Source: an uncultured Gammaproteobacteria bacterium (lineage in GTDB: Bacteria; Pseudomonadota; Gammaproteobacteria; JACCXJ01). From it: 64,000 nt of DNA. Of the stretch, positions 1 through 10,037 are shown piece by piece. The notes beneath the pieces were generated by a model that worked only from the letters and a program-made list of their open reading frames with translations, did not search any database and was not told where the DNA came from. Location of the stretch: NCBI GenBank assembly GCA_963764725.1, contig CAVXTM010000016.1:160001-224000 (forward strand), in the 5' to 3' direction. Each line of letters starts with the position of its first letter. Position 1 is the stretch's first letter. The position numbers were made by a program, and so were the translations under genes.

Positions 1-101
1 GCACGGCGCGCAGGAACCGCAGTGTATATGGAAATACATGAGGATTCCGAGCACCGCGCAACGATGCGGGCGGGCTGCGCAGTAGGTTTATTCACAAGCT
101 C
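1..101. repeat. Partial MITE-like intergenic element, cut by the window edge
   Basis: Non-coding GCAGGAACCGCAGTGTATATGGAAATACATGAGGATTCCGAGCACCGCGCAACG ending in TTATTCACAAGCTCT against a stop codon; resembles short non-autonomous repeats with IS5-like ends (recognised from memory). Confidence 0.4.
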
Positions 102-913
102 TCAGGGAGCGGGCACCACACGGTAGTAGACGCCGTTCGCGCCGAAGGACGGCTGGAACCACGCGCTGCCGCACCGGTAGTAAGTCGCGCCACCGACGGT
201 GGATGCGGTACAGCCGGCCGGCAGCGTCGGGTAGATCGCGTTCATCGCATACGTGCTGCCAGCGGCGTAGCCCGCGGAGTAGGCACTTGAAGTGGCGGCG
301 CTGGTATTGGCCGAAGCCATGGCCGCGCCTGCGACCATGCCGACCGCGGCACCCGCGGCCGCGGCACCGCCAGTGGACCAGCCGCCGCAATTGTAGCATC
401 CGCTTCCGTAGTAGTTCACGGTGGTGGGTGGATGATACCCGTAATAGGTTCCGCCGTAGTAGACCGGCTTGCCATAGACCGTCGTGCCATAGGCCGTCGT
501 GCCGTAGCCCGTCGTGTGATAGGCCGTCGTGCCATAACTGTTAGTGGCGCTCCAGTGCCCGTCGCCGCCCGACGCACGTAGGCGCCGTGGCACCAGGCCG
601 CGCCACCGACGCTGTCCGCCGTAGGCGCCAGTGCCACTCCAGGAGCCTTCCCCGCCGGACGCGTGTCCGCCCTAAGCGCCTTGGCGCTCCAGGAGCCCTC
701 GCCGCCCGATGCGGTCCCACCGCGGGCGCCGTCGCCGCTCCAGGAGCCGCCGCCACCCGACGCGGTCCCGCCGAAGGCGCCGGTGTGGCTCCACGAGCCG
801 CCGCCACCCGACGAGTGCCCGCCGTAGCGGTTGGCATGACCCCAGGCCGCGGCCGGCCCAGACGAGAGCGCCGTGATCAGAAGACCCGCGAAGCCAATGA
901 TGATCGTTTTCAT
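102..913 (-). CDS. Secreted Gly/Ser-rich repeat protein with C-terminal DUF6515-like Cys-pair domain (frameshifted ~575-680)
   Basis: Signal peptide MKTIIIGFAGLLITALSSGPAAA, GGxASGGxGSWS repeats, Tyr-rich linker and C-terminus LPAGC...TYYRCGSAWF...YYRVVPAP; split over ORFs 416..1219 and 102..593. Confidence 0.75.
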
Positions 914-932
914 GATGCGTACCTCTTCACTT

Positions 933-1820
933 TCACTGGGTTTTGGATGGTGTGCCCTTGACCGGGGGCGTGCCCGTCGTCGGAGGCTCGAGGCCCGGCG
1001 GCAGCTTCGGGTCAGGGCGAGCGAACTGGATGCGCGTCGCCTTGCCCGCGCTCGCCGGCGCGAAGGCGTCCGCCGGGACGGCAAGATTGAGTTGCCAGTT
1101 GGACAGCTCCAGTTGGTGGCGCAGTTGTGACGGATCGTTGCGGTACACCGCCCGGACCATCCGCGGGAGCTTGTCCTCAGCGCCGATCCAGATCTGCACG
1201 AACACGTCGCCGTTGGCATACGCTACCATGTCCGTCGTCGTGCCGCCGACCACGCGGGACTGGCCGATGTAGAAGGCGAGCTTCAACCCATCGGCGATAT
1301 CTTGGTAGGGATTGGCGACGATGACGTCGCTGAAGGGGAAGTAGATCGCGGCGGAGTCGTAGGCCGCCTTCAGCGCGGCGTCGATCGTAGGCGGGGCCTC
1401 GGCGACGGCGACAAGGTTCTCGGCCGGCTCGAACGCCATCATCGTCTTGCCGTCGTAGTAGAACTCGGAGGCGGGGCCGTCGCCGCACGTGATCACCCGC
1501 AGCTTGTCGGGCCGCTGCAGGGTGACCTCGGATTTCGTCGTATAGATGAGGGGCGGACCGAGGCGACTCGGGCTCTCGTAGGAGACCACCGCCGTGAACG
1601 CCATCGATTTGGCGGCGGCCAGGCGGCTGCTCGCGGCCTTCAGGAGGCCGATCGCCTTGGGCTCGAGCGTAAAGGCGACCGCGGGCACCGCTGCCTCGCT
1701 CGGAGCCTTGGCAGCCTGCGGTGCGCGCTTCACGTCTTGAGCTTCCACGTCCGCGGCGCCGAGGAACACACCCACCGCGGCTAGCACCACCCAGCCAAGA
1801 AACTTATCCCGGACCATCAT
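933..1820 (-). CDS. DUF2092 family periplasmic protein
   Basis: Signal peptide, motifs VTLQRPDKLRV, FYYDGK, QIWIG..DKLP; GGAGG RBS upstream of ATG 1820. Confidence 0.85.
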   Translation of the reverse strand: MMVRDKFLGWVVLAAVGVFLGAADVEAQDVKRAPQAAKAPSEAAVPAVAFTLEPKAIGLLKAASSRLAAAKSMAFTAVVSYESPSRLGPPLIYTTKSEVTLQRPDKLRVITCGDGPASEFYYDGKTMMAFEPAENLVAVAEAPPTIDAALKAAYDSAAIYFPFSDVIVANPYQDIADGLKLAFYIGQSRVVGGTTTDMVAYANGDVFVQIWIGAEDKLPRMVRAVYRNDPSQLRHQLELSNWQLNLAVPADAFAPASAGKATRIQFARPDPKLPPGLEPPTTGTPPVKGTPSKTQ

Positions 1821-1898
1821 GCCTCCCTGGGAGCCGCAAACAAGTAAAAAATGTTTCATCGTAACTTTCTCTTTATCTCAATGGCATTACGTGAAGAT

Positions 1899-1983
1899 GT
1901 CATTGCGAACAACCCACAGGAGCGAAGCAATCTCTGCATCGCAGAGCAATTGCTTCGTCGCTCACCCACCGGTGCGCAATGAC
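1899..1983. repeat. REP-like palindromic element (GTCATTGCG...GAAGCAAT / ATTGCTTCG...CGCAATGAC)
   Basis: Nested inverted repeats read directly in intergenic DNA. Confidence 0.7.
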
Positions 1984-2141
1984 CGGCTATTCCCTAACTT
2001 CAGGTTTATCGATCCCCGGCTGAGTCGTACGGTCAGCAGAGCGTACCATAAAAGCTGTCCAGCGGCCTTAACCATCGACCTAGAAAATCCTTAAAATCAA
2101 ATTGATTTCGCGCGGTGTTGCATTTATGGGTTGAATTCGCC

Positions 2142-2389
2142 TCACATAGATTTCTTCATTTTCTTTAATTCCTGTAATGCCTGGGCGCAACCGACCGTTA
2201 GTTCTTCCTTTTGTGCCATCAGGCACGCCTTGATCTGACCGCCACCCGGTGGCACGTTTGGGCAGAGCCTCTCTATGTCGGGCTTACAATAGGTCTTGAG
2301 CGCTTGAATTTCCGCTCTAGCCCTCCCGCGAATGTGGACATGGTAGCAGATACCAAGAGTAATAGAATTGTCGTACGATTAATCATCAT
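2142..2389 (-). CDS. Small secreted cysteine-rich repeat protein (frameshift ~2320; absent from the ORF track)
   Basis: AGGAGA RBS, MMINRTTILLLLVSATMSTFA, then after a 1-nt shift AEIQALKTYCKPDIERLCPNVPPGGGQIKACLMAQKEELTVGCAQALQELKK. Confidence 0.7.
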
Positions 2390-2413
2390 TGTAGTCTCCT
2401 CAAATGGTTGTGG

Positions 2414-3022
2414 TTAGTTGTGGTTCTCTCCGTTTGTTTCTGTAGAGAGCGCGGGTGATTTCATGGCGTTGGTTTCTCTGCGTTTCACTTCATTCCTCTC
2501 GCTGGTGAATTCGCGGGCCGCTCCCAGTAAGCGAAGCAGCCCGCGTGGTTCACAATCGAATTTTCGCAAGCTACTGTTCATCGTCGCATTCAGGGAACTG
2601 CGGCGCAGGCACGCGACACACCAGACAGTCATCGCGGCGTGGACAACCACCGCCGGCCACAAGGCGATGCCGACTGGCTGCGACCGTATGCCGGCAGCCC
2701 CGAGGATGACCACCGCGCCGAGGTTATACAGCACCATTGCGGTGACCAACCCTCTCGCGGCGCAACTCTGCACGTCATACCGTGCGAGCCAGCAGGCGAC
2801 GCCCAGCGCGAACAGCGCCGCGCCGGCCACACGGCCGAGGGGGATGGCCGCGCCGGAGATCGGCGAGCAGCAGTTGGACGACAAAGGCGGGCACGGCGAT
2901 CAAGGCGAGGGGGGGGAGATTTCGGCACCGAGCAGCAGTTGGACGACAAAGGCGGGCACGGCGATCAAGGCCAGTCCCGTGGGCGCTTCGATGATGGCGG
3001 TGAGAGTGAGCAAAGGTTTCAT
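2414..3022 (-). CDS. Small integral membrane protein, disrupted by a 43-bp duplication
   Basis: MKPLLTLTAIIEAPTGLALIAVP...GRVAGAALFALGVACWLAR...LWPAVVVHAAMTVWC; four hydrophobic helices; true 3' end uncertain. Confidence 0.65.
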
Positions 3023-3085
3023 GGCGTTTACGGTGAAAGGCAGGCGGCCCTTTCGGACCGCCTGCCTCGCCGATAACTCGTGGGA

Positions 3086-5706
3086 TTAGTTCGTCGCTTT
3101 CTTGATGGCTTCGGCAGCGACCGGCTTATCCGCTGCCGCCGCCGCCATCTGCGACGGGCCGAGCTTGACGGTCAGCTTGTCGATGGTCCCGGTGAAGCGG
3201 AACGGCAGCTCGTAGCTGTCGTCCACCCCCGTGCGGGTATCGCTCCCAATGTCGAAGGTCTCGTCGATGGACATGAGCAACGGAATCGAGTGCGGGATCG
3301 TCTGGCGCGCCAATTCCTTGCCATCAACCGTAAACACGCCGGTGCCGCCCTTGCCTGGTCCGGGCCCGTCGTATTTGAAGTCGAAGACGAGCGTGTGCTT
3401 GCCGGCTTTGAGCTCACGGGCAAACAAGTCAGGAGATGACCACGCACCTCCAGCGGTAGCGTTTTAAAGATTGGTCGCCGACGATGCCACCCACGCCACC
3501 CTCCCAGCGGTAGCGTTTTAGATCGAGGAGATTGTAAACGAAGACCGGTTTGCCTTTTTGCAGGAAAAGACCATAGCCGCCGAAGCGGCCGCCCAGAGTC
3601 ACGATCATGCCCTCCGCGCCACCTTCGGGAACGGTGATCCCGGCGGTGATCGTGTAGTCCTTGTCCAAAATATCGGGCGCATTGCCGACCGGAATGCCGG
3701 TATTCTCACCCGTATAGGTGAAGACAGTTTGCCCGGCGACCGCGCTGGGTCGCGGCGTCAGCAAGCGCACGAAGCCTGAGTTATCCAGGGGGAAGACTTG
3801 GTATTTCGCCGCCTCCGTCAGGAACAAGGCCTGCAGTTCCTTGAGCTTGGCGGGATTCTTGGCGGCGAGGTCGTTGTATTGCGAATAGTCTTCGCTGAGG
3901 TTGTAGAGTTCCCATTTGTAGTCAGGGATCGCGGGCATCTTGGCCGTGCCCAGGGTCCAGGGCGGGGCGGGCGGCGTGGTGGAGGCATCCATCCGTCAGT
4001 GGAGGCAATCCATCCGTCGTGGTAGAGCCCGCGGTTGCCAACCATCTCGAAATACTGCGTCTTGCGCGTGGAGGGCTTGCTGGCATTAGCCTGGTCAAAG
4101 GTGTAGGCCATGCTCACGCCTTCGATGGGCTTTTGCGTAATGCCGTTGACCGTGACCGGCGTCTTGATACCCGTGGCTTCAAGGATCGTCGGTACGATAT
4201 CAATGACATGGTGGAACTGGGTGCGAATGCCGCCCACGTCCTTGATGTGGCCGGGCCACGAAATGGCCAAGCCCTGCCGAGTTCCGCCGAAATGCGACGC
4301 CACCTGCTTGGTCCACTTGAAGGGCGTATCAAACGCCCACGCCCATTCCACCGCCATACCCGGGTAGGTCTTGGCCGAGCCCCAGTCTTCATAATGCAAC
4401 ATCTGCTCGACCTCGGGGAGGCTCATAATGCCGTTGTAGGCGGTGAGCTGATTTGGCGTGCCGGACAGGGTGCCTTCGGCGCTGGTACCGTTGTCGCCGC
4501 AGATGTAGATGATGAGCGTGTGTCGAGTTTGCCATGTCCTCGACCGCCTGGATGACCCGGCATTGTCGAGTTTGCCCATGTCCTCGACCGCCTGGATGAC
4601 CCGGCCGATCTCATAGTCGGTATAGGCGGCGTAACCGGCAAAGACCTCCGCCTGGCGCGCATAGAGTTTCTTTTGGATCATGGAAAGCGTCTCCCACTTC
4701 GGCAGGTCATCCGGCCACGGGGTGAGCTGGGTGTTCTCCGGGATCACGCCGAGCCGTTTCTGGTTAGCGAAGATCACCTCGCGCAGCTTTTCATAACCCA
4801 TGTCGAACTTGCCTTCGAACTTCTCGACCCATTCCTTCTTCGGCTGGTGCGGCGTGTGGGTGCCGCCGGGCACGTAATAGACGAAGAACGGCTGGTTTGG
4901 TGCGGCCGCGTTCAGGCTGCTCATGTACTTGATGGCTTCGTCCGCCATGTCGGTGGTTAGGTTGTAGCTGGGGTTGCCGACCCACGGAAAGATCTGGGTA
5001 TGATCGCGGAACAGGTAGGGCGTCCACTGGTCGGTCTCGCCACCCATGTAACCGTAGAAATACTCGAAACCCAGCCCCGACGGCCATTGGTCGAAGGGGC
5101 CGGCGATGCTGTATTGAAAGCCCGGCGTGTTGTGATTCTTGCCAAACCACGAGGTGGCAAAACCATTGTCCCGGAGAATCGTGCCGACGGTGGCGTGCTC
5201 CACACCGATGACGGAATCGTAGCCTGGGTAACCCGTGGACAGTTCGCCGATCACGCCGAAGCCCACCGCGTGATGGTTGCGGCCGGTGATCAGCGCCGCC
5301 CGCGTGGGCGAGCAGAGCGCGGTGGAGTGGAAGTGCGTGTAACGCAGTCCTGCCTTGGCGACGCGATCCAACGCGGGCGTCGGGATGACACCGCCGAAGG
5401 TGCCCGAAACGCCGTAGCCCTGGTCGTCGGTCATGATGAGCAGCACGTTCGGTGCGCCTTTGGGCGGCACGACGCGCGCCGGCCAATACGGCTTGGAATC
5501 CGCGGCGGTTTCCTTGATCACGCCGCCGAACGGCAGCGGTGGCGGTGGGATTTGTTTCCCGTCAATTGTGACGGTGGTGGTGGGCGAACCCGGCGTGCCG
5601 GTGATCTCCGGCTGCGCGCTGCGGCCGGCGCAACGGCCAGCGCGGCAGCGATTAGAAATGCCGCGACTTCCGCGACGCCTGCAAAGATACTGGTATGCAT
5701 TTTCAT
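3086..5706 (-). CDS. Arylsulfatase 1 (Cys-type, exported), several frameshifts/duplications
   Basis: PNVLLIMTDDQG, HSTALCSPTRAALITGR (CxPxR formylglycine motif), FGKNH, GDNG; C-terminal parts in ORFs 3429..3992 and 3086..3427. Confidence 0.9.
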
Positions 5707-5880
5707 CCGCAGCTCCTGTCTCCCCAACAGGTTGGCAAAACGTCCGACGCGCTTATTGTCGCATGGACCGATCGGTGTCACGCAGGGTGCGCCGGTCCCG
5801 GATTTCGTGCCGTGAAATCCACGGCAAGGCACCACCGCGCAAGCACCTTCACTGCGGCCTCGCGGGATTAGTTAGTCAAA

Positions 5881-5909
5881 AGGATAAGGAAATCCAGTGG
5901 GGCTTGCAA
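5881..5909 (-). promoter_or_regulatory. Promoter family B: TTGCAA-N17-TATCCT upstream of arylsulfatase 1
   Basis: Exact 17-bp spacing; same architecture at 6666, 26816 and 29775. Confidence 0.65.
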
Positions 5910-6039
5910 CAGGTCCTGTTGCGTCGGACGGGCCGGTCGGTGGTTGGTCTCGCTTGCTCACATTGCCCGTGGGCAACTAGAATCCGGCGCGTGAGTCCCA
6001 CTACGGTTGGAGCGATCCACTGGCTGTCTTCCCAGTCGC

Positions 6040-6150
6040 ATGTCGATGGTCACGAGGAACGGGATGGTGCGCGGGATCGTCTTGATGGCGACCTGCCTGC
6101 CGTAAACCGGCAGTACGCCGGCGCCACCCTTGCCGAAGCCGGGGACCGTC
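6040..6150 (-). pseudogene. Remnant of an arylsulfatase C-terminus
   Basis: PGFGKGGAGVLPVYGRQVAIKTIPRTIPFLVTID aligns with PGPGKGGTGVFTVDGKELARQTIPHSIPLLMSID of ORF 3086..3427. Confidence 0.7.
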
Positions 6151-6273
6151 GTCGAGGCCGTCAGGCTGAGGAGTACAGGCCGAGCAGAATCGTAAGCCGC
6201 CCCTGGCACCATCCAACGTGTCTCATGGCATCTCTCCTTCCCACGATCCGGCCGAGGCGCGGCGGCACGGTTA

Positions 6274-6627
6274 CTACTGCCCCTGGAACCGGTCGCCGGT
6301 GTGGGCCGCAAAGCAGGTTTCCGTGCCCACCTGGCAGAGGACGACGTACGTCTTGCGCTGGTCGCAGCCGGCCACGCCGACCGTGTATTCCACGCGCTCC
6401 AGGCCGCCCACCATCCACGGCCCCGCACCCTGCAAGGCAGGCTGGATGAAATCACTCGAGAGGACCGTCGCCGTCGCGGCCGGGCAGTTGAGCTCGAACC
6501 GTCCACGTTCCAGGGCCGTCTGGACCGCTCCACCCTGCTTTTGGGTAAGCAACTGGCTCTCGGTGGCGCAGCCCGTCGTGGCCGCCACGAGAACGAAAAG
6601 CGAGAAGACTGTGGATTGTCTGGTCAT
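6274..6627 (-). CDS. Small Cys-containing lipoprotein, unknown function
   Basis: Lipobox-like ATTGC after a hydrophobic stretch; RGRFELNC, VGVAGC..R.TY.VLC; GGAGG RBS. Confidence 0.75.
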   Translation of the reverse strand: MTRQSTVFSLFVLVAATTGCATESQLLTQKQGGAVQTALERGRFELNCPAATATVLSSDFIQPALQGAGPWMVGGLERVEYTVGVAGCDQRKTYVVLCQVGTETCFAAHTGDRFQGQ

Positions 6628-6665
6628 GTGTCAGTCCCTCCGTCGGTCGTTGAGCCTACCTTACA

Positions 6666-6694
6666 AGGATAGGAAGTTCAACGCAGTTTTGCAA
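6666..6694 (-). promoter_or_regulatory. Promoter family B: TTGCAA-aactgCGTTGAActtcc-TATCCT
   Basis: 17-bp spacer containing CGTTGAA, just upstream of the lipoprotein gene. Confidence 0.65.
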
Positions 6695-6776
6695 CCGGTA
6701 CTGCTGGAAGCTGCAGCATCACCATCAGCCGCGCGCCGTCGCCGGCGCCGGTGCACTTAACTTCGCGCCTTGGACC

Positions 6777-6855
6777 CATGACGGGCCCTCAAGAGTCCCC
6801 CGATTCCAGGCTGAGGACTCGCATGCTTGACAACTCACTGGTTCATCAGTACAAA
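6777..6855 (+). promoter_or_regulatory. Promoter family A copy (TTGACA 6827-6832, GGTTCA in spacer, TACAAA 6850-6855)
   Basis: 17-bp spacer; upstream 50 bp is homologous to the copies at 41109 and 49862. Confidence 0.6.
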
Positions 6856-6985
6856 GCGCGTTCAGTCATTTTATACTGGACGCATCGAGCAAGCTTTCTC
6901 GGCGTGCCCGCGACAGGGGCGGCGCGCCAGCGCGTGTGGGGTATGGTCATCGACCGGCTCGGCTGGTTTGGATAGGCGCCTTTAG

Positions 6986-7481
<496 letters not shown>

Positions 7482-7511
7482 AGCTACTCGCACGACAGGG
7501 CAGCCAATCGA

Positions 7512-8190
7512 ATGCCAGACCCCGCATCAGCTCCGCCGGTGATCCAGTTCGTCGAACTTTTTCTCGGCGCGTTCGCGGCCATCTTCCCGATGGTCAATCC
7601 GTTCAGCACCATGCCGCTGTTCCTGAGCCTCACCTCCGGCATGTCCGCTCCCAAGAAACGGGATCAGGCGCTCAAGGCATCGATAATCGCCGCCGTCATC
7701 ATGCTGGTCGTGCTGTACATCGGTGCGGTGATCCTGCATTTCTTCGGGATTTCGATTGGGGCGTTGCGTGTCGCCGGGGGATTGATCGTGGCCTACATCG
7801 GGTTCCACATGCTGTTCCCCAGCGCGACCCCGACTCCGGCGCGGAGCACCCGACAGCAAGAAGGACGATTTGGAGCCGGATTTCGCATTCATGCCGCTGG
7901 CATTCCCCAGCCTCACAGGCGCCGGGACGATGGCGGTCGTCATGAGCATGACAACCCACGCCGGCGCGCTGCCGGATATTACGCACCGACTCTTGTCGTA
8001 TGCGGCGGTCAGCCTTTCGATTCTGTTGGTCGCGCTAGTGGCCTGGCTGGTGCTGCGGACCTCCACCAAGCTCCTGCACCTGCTGGGACCGCGCGCGCTC
8101 GATGCCATGAATCAAATCATGGGATTGCTGCTGGTGTGCATCGGGATACAGTTCGTCGCGACGGGGATCAGGAATTTCGTTTCGGAATAA
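7512..8190 (+). CDS. MarC family membrane protein (frameshift ~7860)
   Basis: MVNPFSTMPLF, FGISIGALRVAGGL, AFMPLAFPSLTGAGT, IMGLLLVCIGIQF. Confidence 0.85.
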
Positions 8191-8249
8191 GTCGCCGGCA
8201 AACAAAGTCTCCAAGGGCATGCAATCGAGGAGCGTGTAGGGATCGCGCC

Positions 8250-9782
8250 TCACCATGCGAGGTCGAGCTGTATCTGGGCGACGACTGCCGGCCCCGGGTC
8301 CGGGTTGAACGCCGGGTTCCAGACGATCTGAAGATCGGGCTGCAGCTTCGTGGTCGGGGTCAGTTGAAGTGAATAGAACGCCTCGAAGACGTACTCGTTC
8401 TCGTGATACACGGTCTGCATGGTGGCCGAGGGCTGGCTCCAGACGAAACCGACGCCCATCAGGTCATTGCTCAACTTGGGGACGAGCCCCGTGTACTCGA
8501 GGGGTGCCTGCATGACAAAGCCGGTGGCCACCTGCGCCGACGCGCGGCCGGTCACTCGTGACCCGCCGGAGCCGAACCGCCCGAACCAGCCGAAGGGGGA
8601 GTGCCGGCCAAGCTGCTGCTGGAAGTTGAAGCCCAAACCGCCCTGCACCGGCCCGCCGGCACGGGCGGCGAACGGCTGTACGCGATAGACGCCGGGACCC
8701 AGGCCCAGAAAGTCATCCGGCGCATAGCCCAGCTCCCCGAGCACGGACCAAGTGTCCGCATCGTAGTTGCTCCATGGGGCCTTGTCGGTGGTCCCCTCGC
8801 CGACCGACCCGCCGAGCATGCCGTACCAATCCTTCGCGGGCTGCCACTGCACGTTGGCGCCGAAGTTGTATGCGGGCAACGGCAGCACCATGCTGTTGAT
8901 CAACGCCGAGTTGAGGAACTGGCGGCGGCCGGTGCTGGCGTATGCGTTGGCGTCGAAGTAGTTGCCCACGGAAACCATCCCCGCCACGATGACGATCTCG
9001 CCGTCGCGCAGGGATTGCTGCCACGCCAGCTCGGGGATCCGGAAGCCGTTGACGCTCGACCAGATCTCGGTCGGAGTGGTGATGCTGCCGATGTTGGTCT
9101 GGGCGCTCTGTGTTCTTGCCGCCTCATTCAGCCCGGCTTTGGCTTCGATCTCCGTGCTGATCCAGCCTGCGGCGCCGCCGTTGCGATTGTCGAATACAGC
9201 CCACTTCGCCTTCAGATCGAACGTGTAGTACGCCAGGTCGCTTGCTCCCGAGGCCACGTCGCTCAACGCAACATACGTGAGGGTCTGGTCCAGCGAGTAG
9301 CGCAAGCCGTGCTCCGCCAGCGCCGACTTGGCTCGTTCCACGAGCGGCTCCCAAGGCACGGAGCGGACCAGCGCGCCGGGCTTGAGTGCGGTCGTGCCGA
9401 ACTCGTCGATGCTGGCTAGGTAGGACATCATGGGCGGCTGATGCGCCGGAAACCACCGGAGCTCCTCCACGCCCTCCCGCGCCGCCTGCATGCGCTGCAT
9501 GACTTCGTCGGGGATCTTGGCGCCGGGTACCGGCTGCGGCGTCTGGTGTTTCAGGCCCAAGCGGCCGTACGACCGCAACTTCGCCGGCACGCTTTCCGGC
9601 GGCACCCGCACCACGCGCCCCATGCTGTCGAGAAGCAGCACATCGCGCGGCGGGGACTCGGAAGGGCGTTCATCGGCTGCAAAGGCCGCCGCAGCCGCGA
9701 TCGTCATGACCGCCGCAATCCCCGCTTGCAGACGCCGTTTGATAGCTGCTTCTCCTGATGCGCTGCGTTGCGCGCAGGCCAT
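8250..9782 (-). CDS. Carbohydrate-selective porin (OprB family); start uncertain
   Basis: QFLNSALINS, EYVFEAFYSLQLTP..KLQPDLQIVWNP, terminal aromatic residue. Confidence 0.8.
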   Translation of the reverse strand: MACAQRSASGEAAIKRRLQAGIAAVMTIAAAAAFAADERPSESPPRDVLLLDSMGRVVRVPPESVPAKLRSYGRLGLKHQTPQPVPGAKIPDEVMQRMQAAREGVEELRWFPAHQPPMMSYLASIDEFGTTALKPGALVRSVPWEPLVERAKSALAEHGLRYSLDQTLTYVALSDVASGASDLAYYTFDLKAKWAVFDNRNGGAAGWISTEIEAKAGLNEAARTQSAQTNIGSITTPTEIWSSVNGFRIPELAWQQSLRDGEIVIVAGMVSVGNYFDANAYASTGRRQFLNSALINSMVLPLPAYNFGANVQWQPAKDWYGMLGGSVGEGTTDKAPWSNYDADTWSVLGELGYAPDDFLGLGPGVYRVQPFAARAGGPVQGGLGFNFQQQLGRHSPFGWFGRFGSGGSRVTGRASAQVATGFVMQAPLEYTGLVPKLSNDLMGVGFVWSQPSATMQTVYHENEYVFEAFYSLQLTPTTKLQPDLQIVWNPAFNPDPGPAVVAQIQLDLAW

Positions 9783-9856
9783 GCCCAGCCGAGTGCGACG
9801 AACCTGACCCCCGCGTCGTCCCCGGCTCAATTGGTATTCTTCTGAATCGGCCGACA

Positions 9857-9979
9857 GCCGTCATTCCAGCGCAAGCTGGAATCCACGTGGCGTTGGCTCG
9901 GGCGTATGGATTCCGGGTCGCGGTCGCGCTGCTCCCTTGCCAGGAATGACGAGGCGTAAATTGTACCCGTTTTCGGTAT
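9857..9979 (+). repeat. Left arm of 123-bp inverted repeat (REP doublet GTCATTCC...GGAATCC / GGATTCC...GGAATGAC plus unique tail)
   Basis: Reverse complement of 11132..11254 with 4 mismatches (hand alignment). Confidence 0.95.
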
Positions 9980-10037
9980 ATCTTGGTCAAGTTCTTCATG
10001 GCTCTTCCTCCCTGATGACGTCACTTCAAATGGCAAA

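Noticed and set aside
2094-2108. FNR box
   Set aside because: Half-sites are in the reverse order (ATCAA-N-TTGAT) with the wrong spacing.
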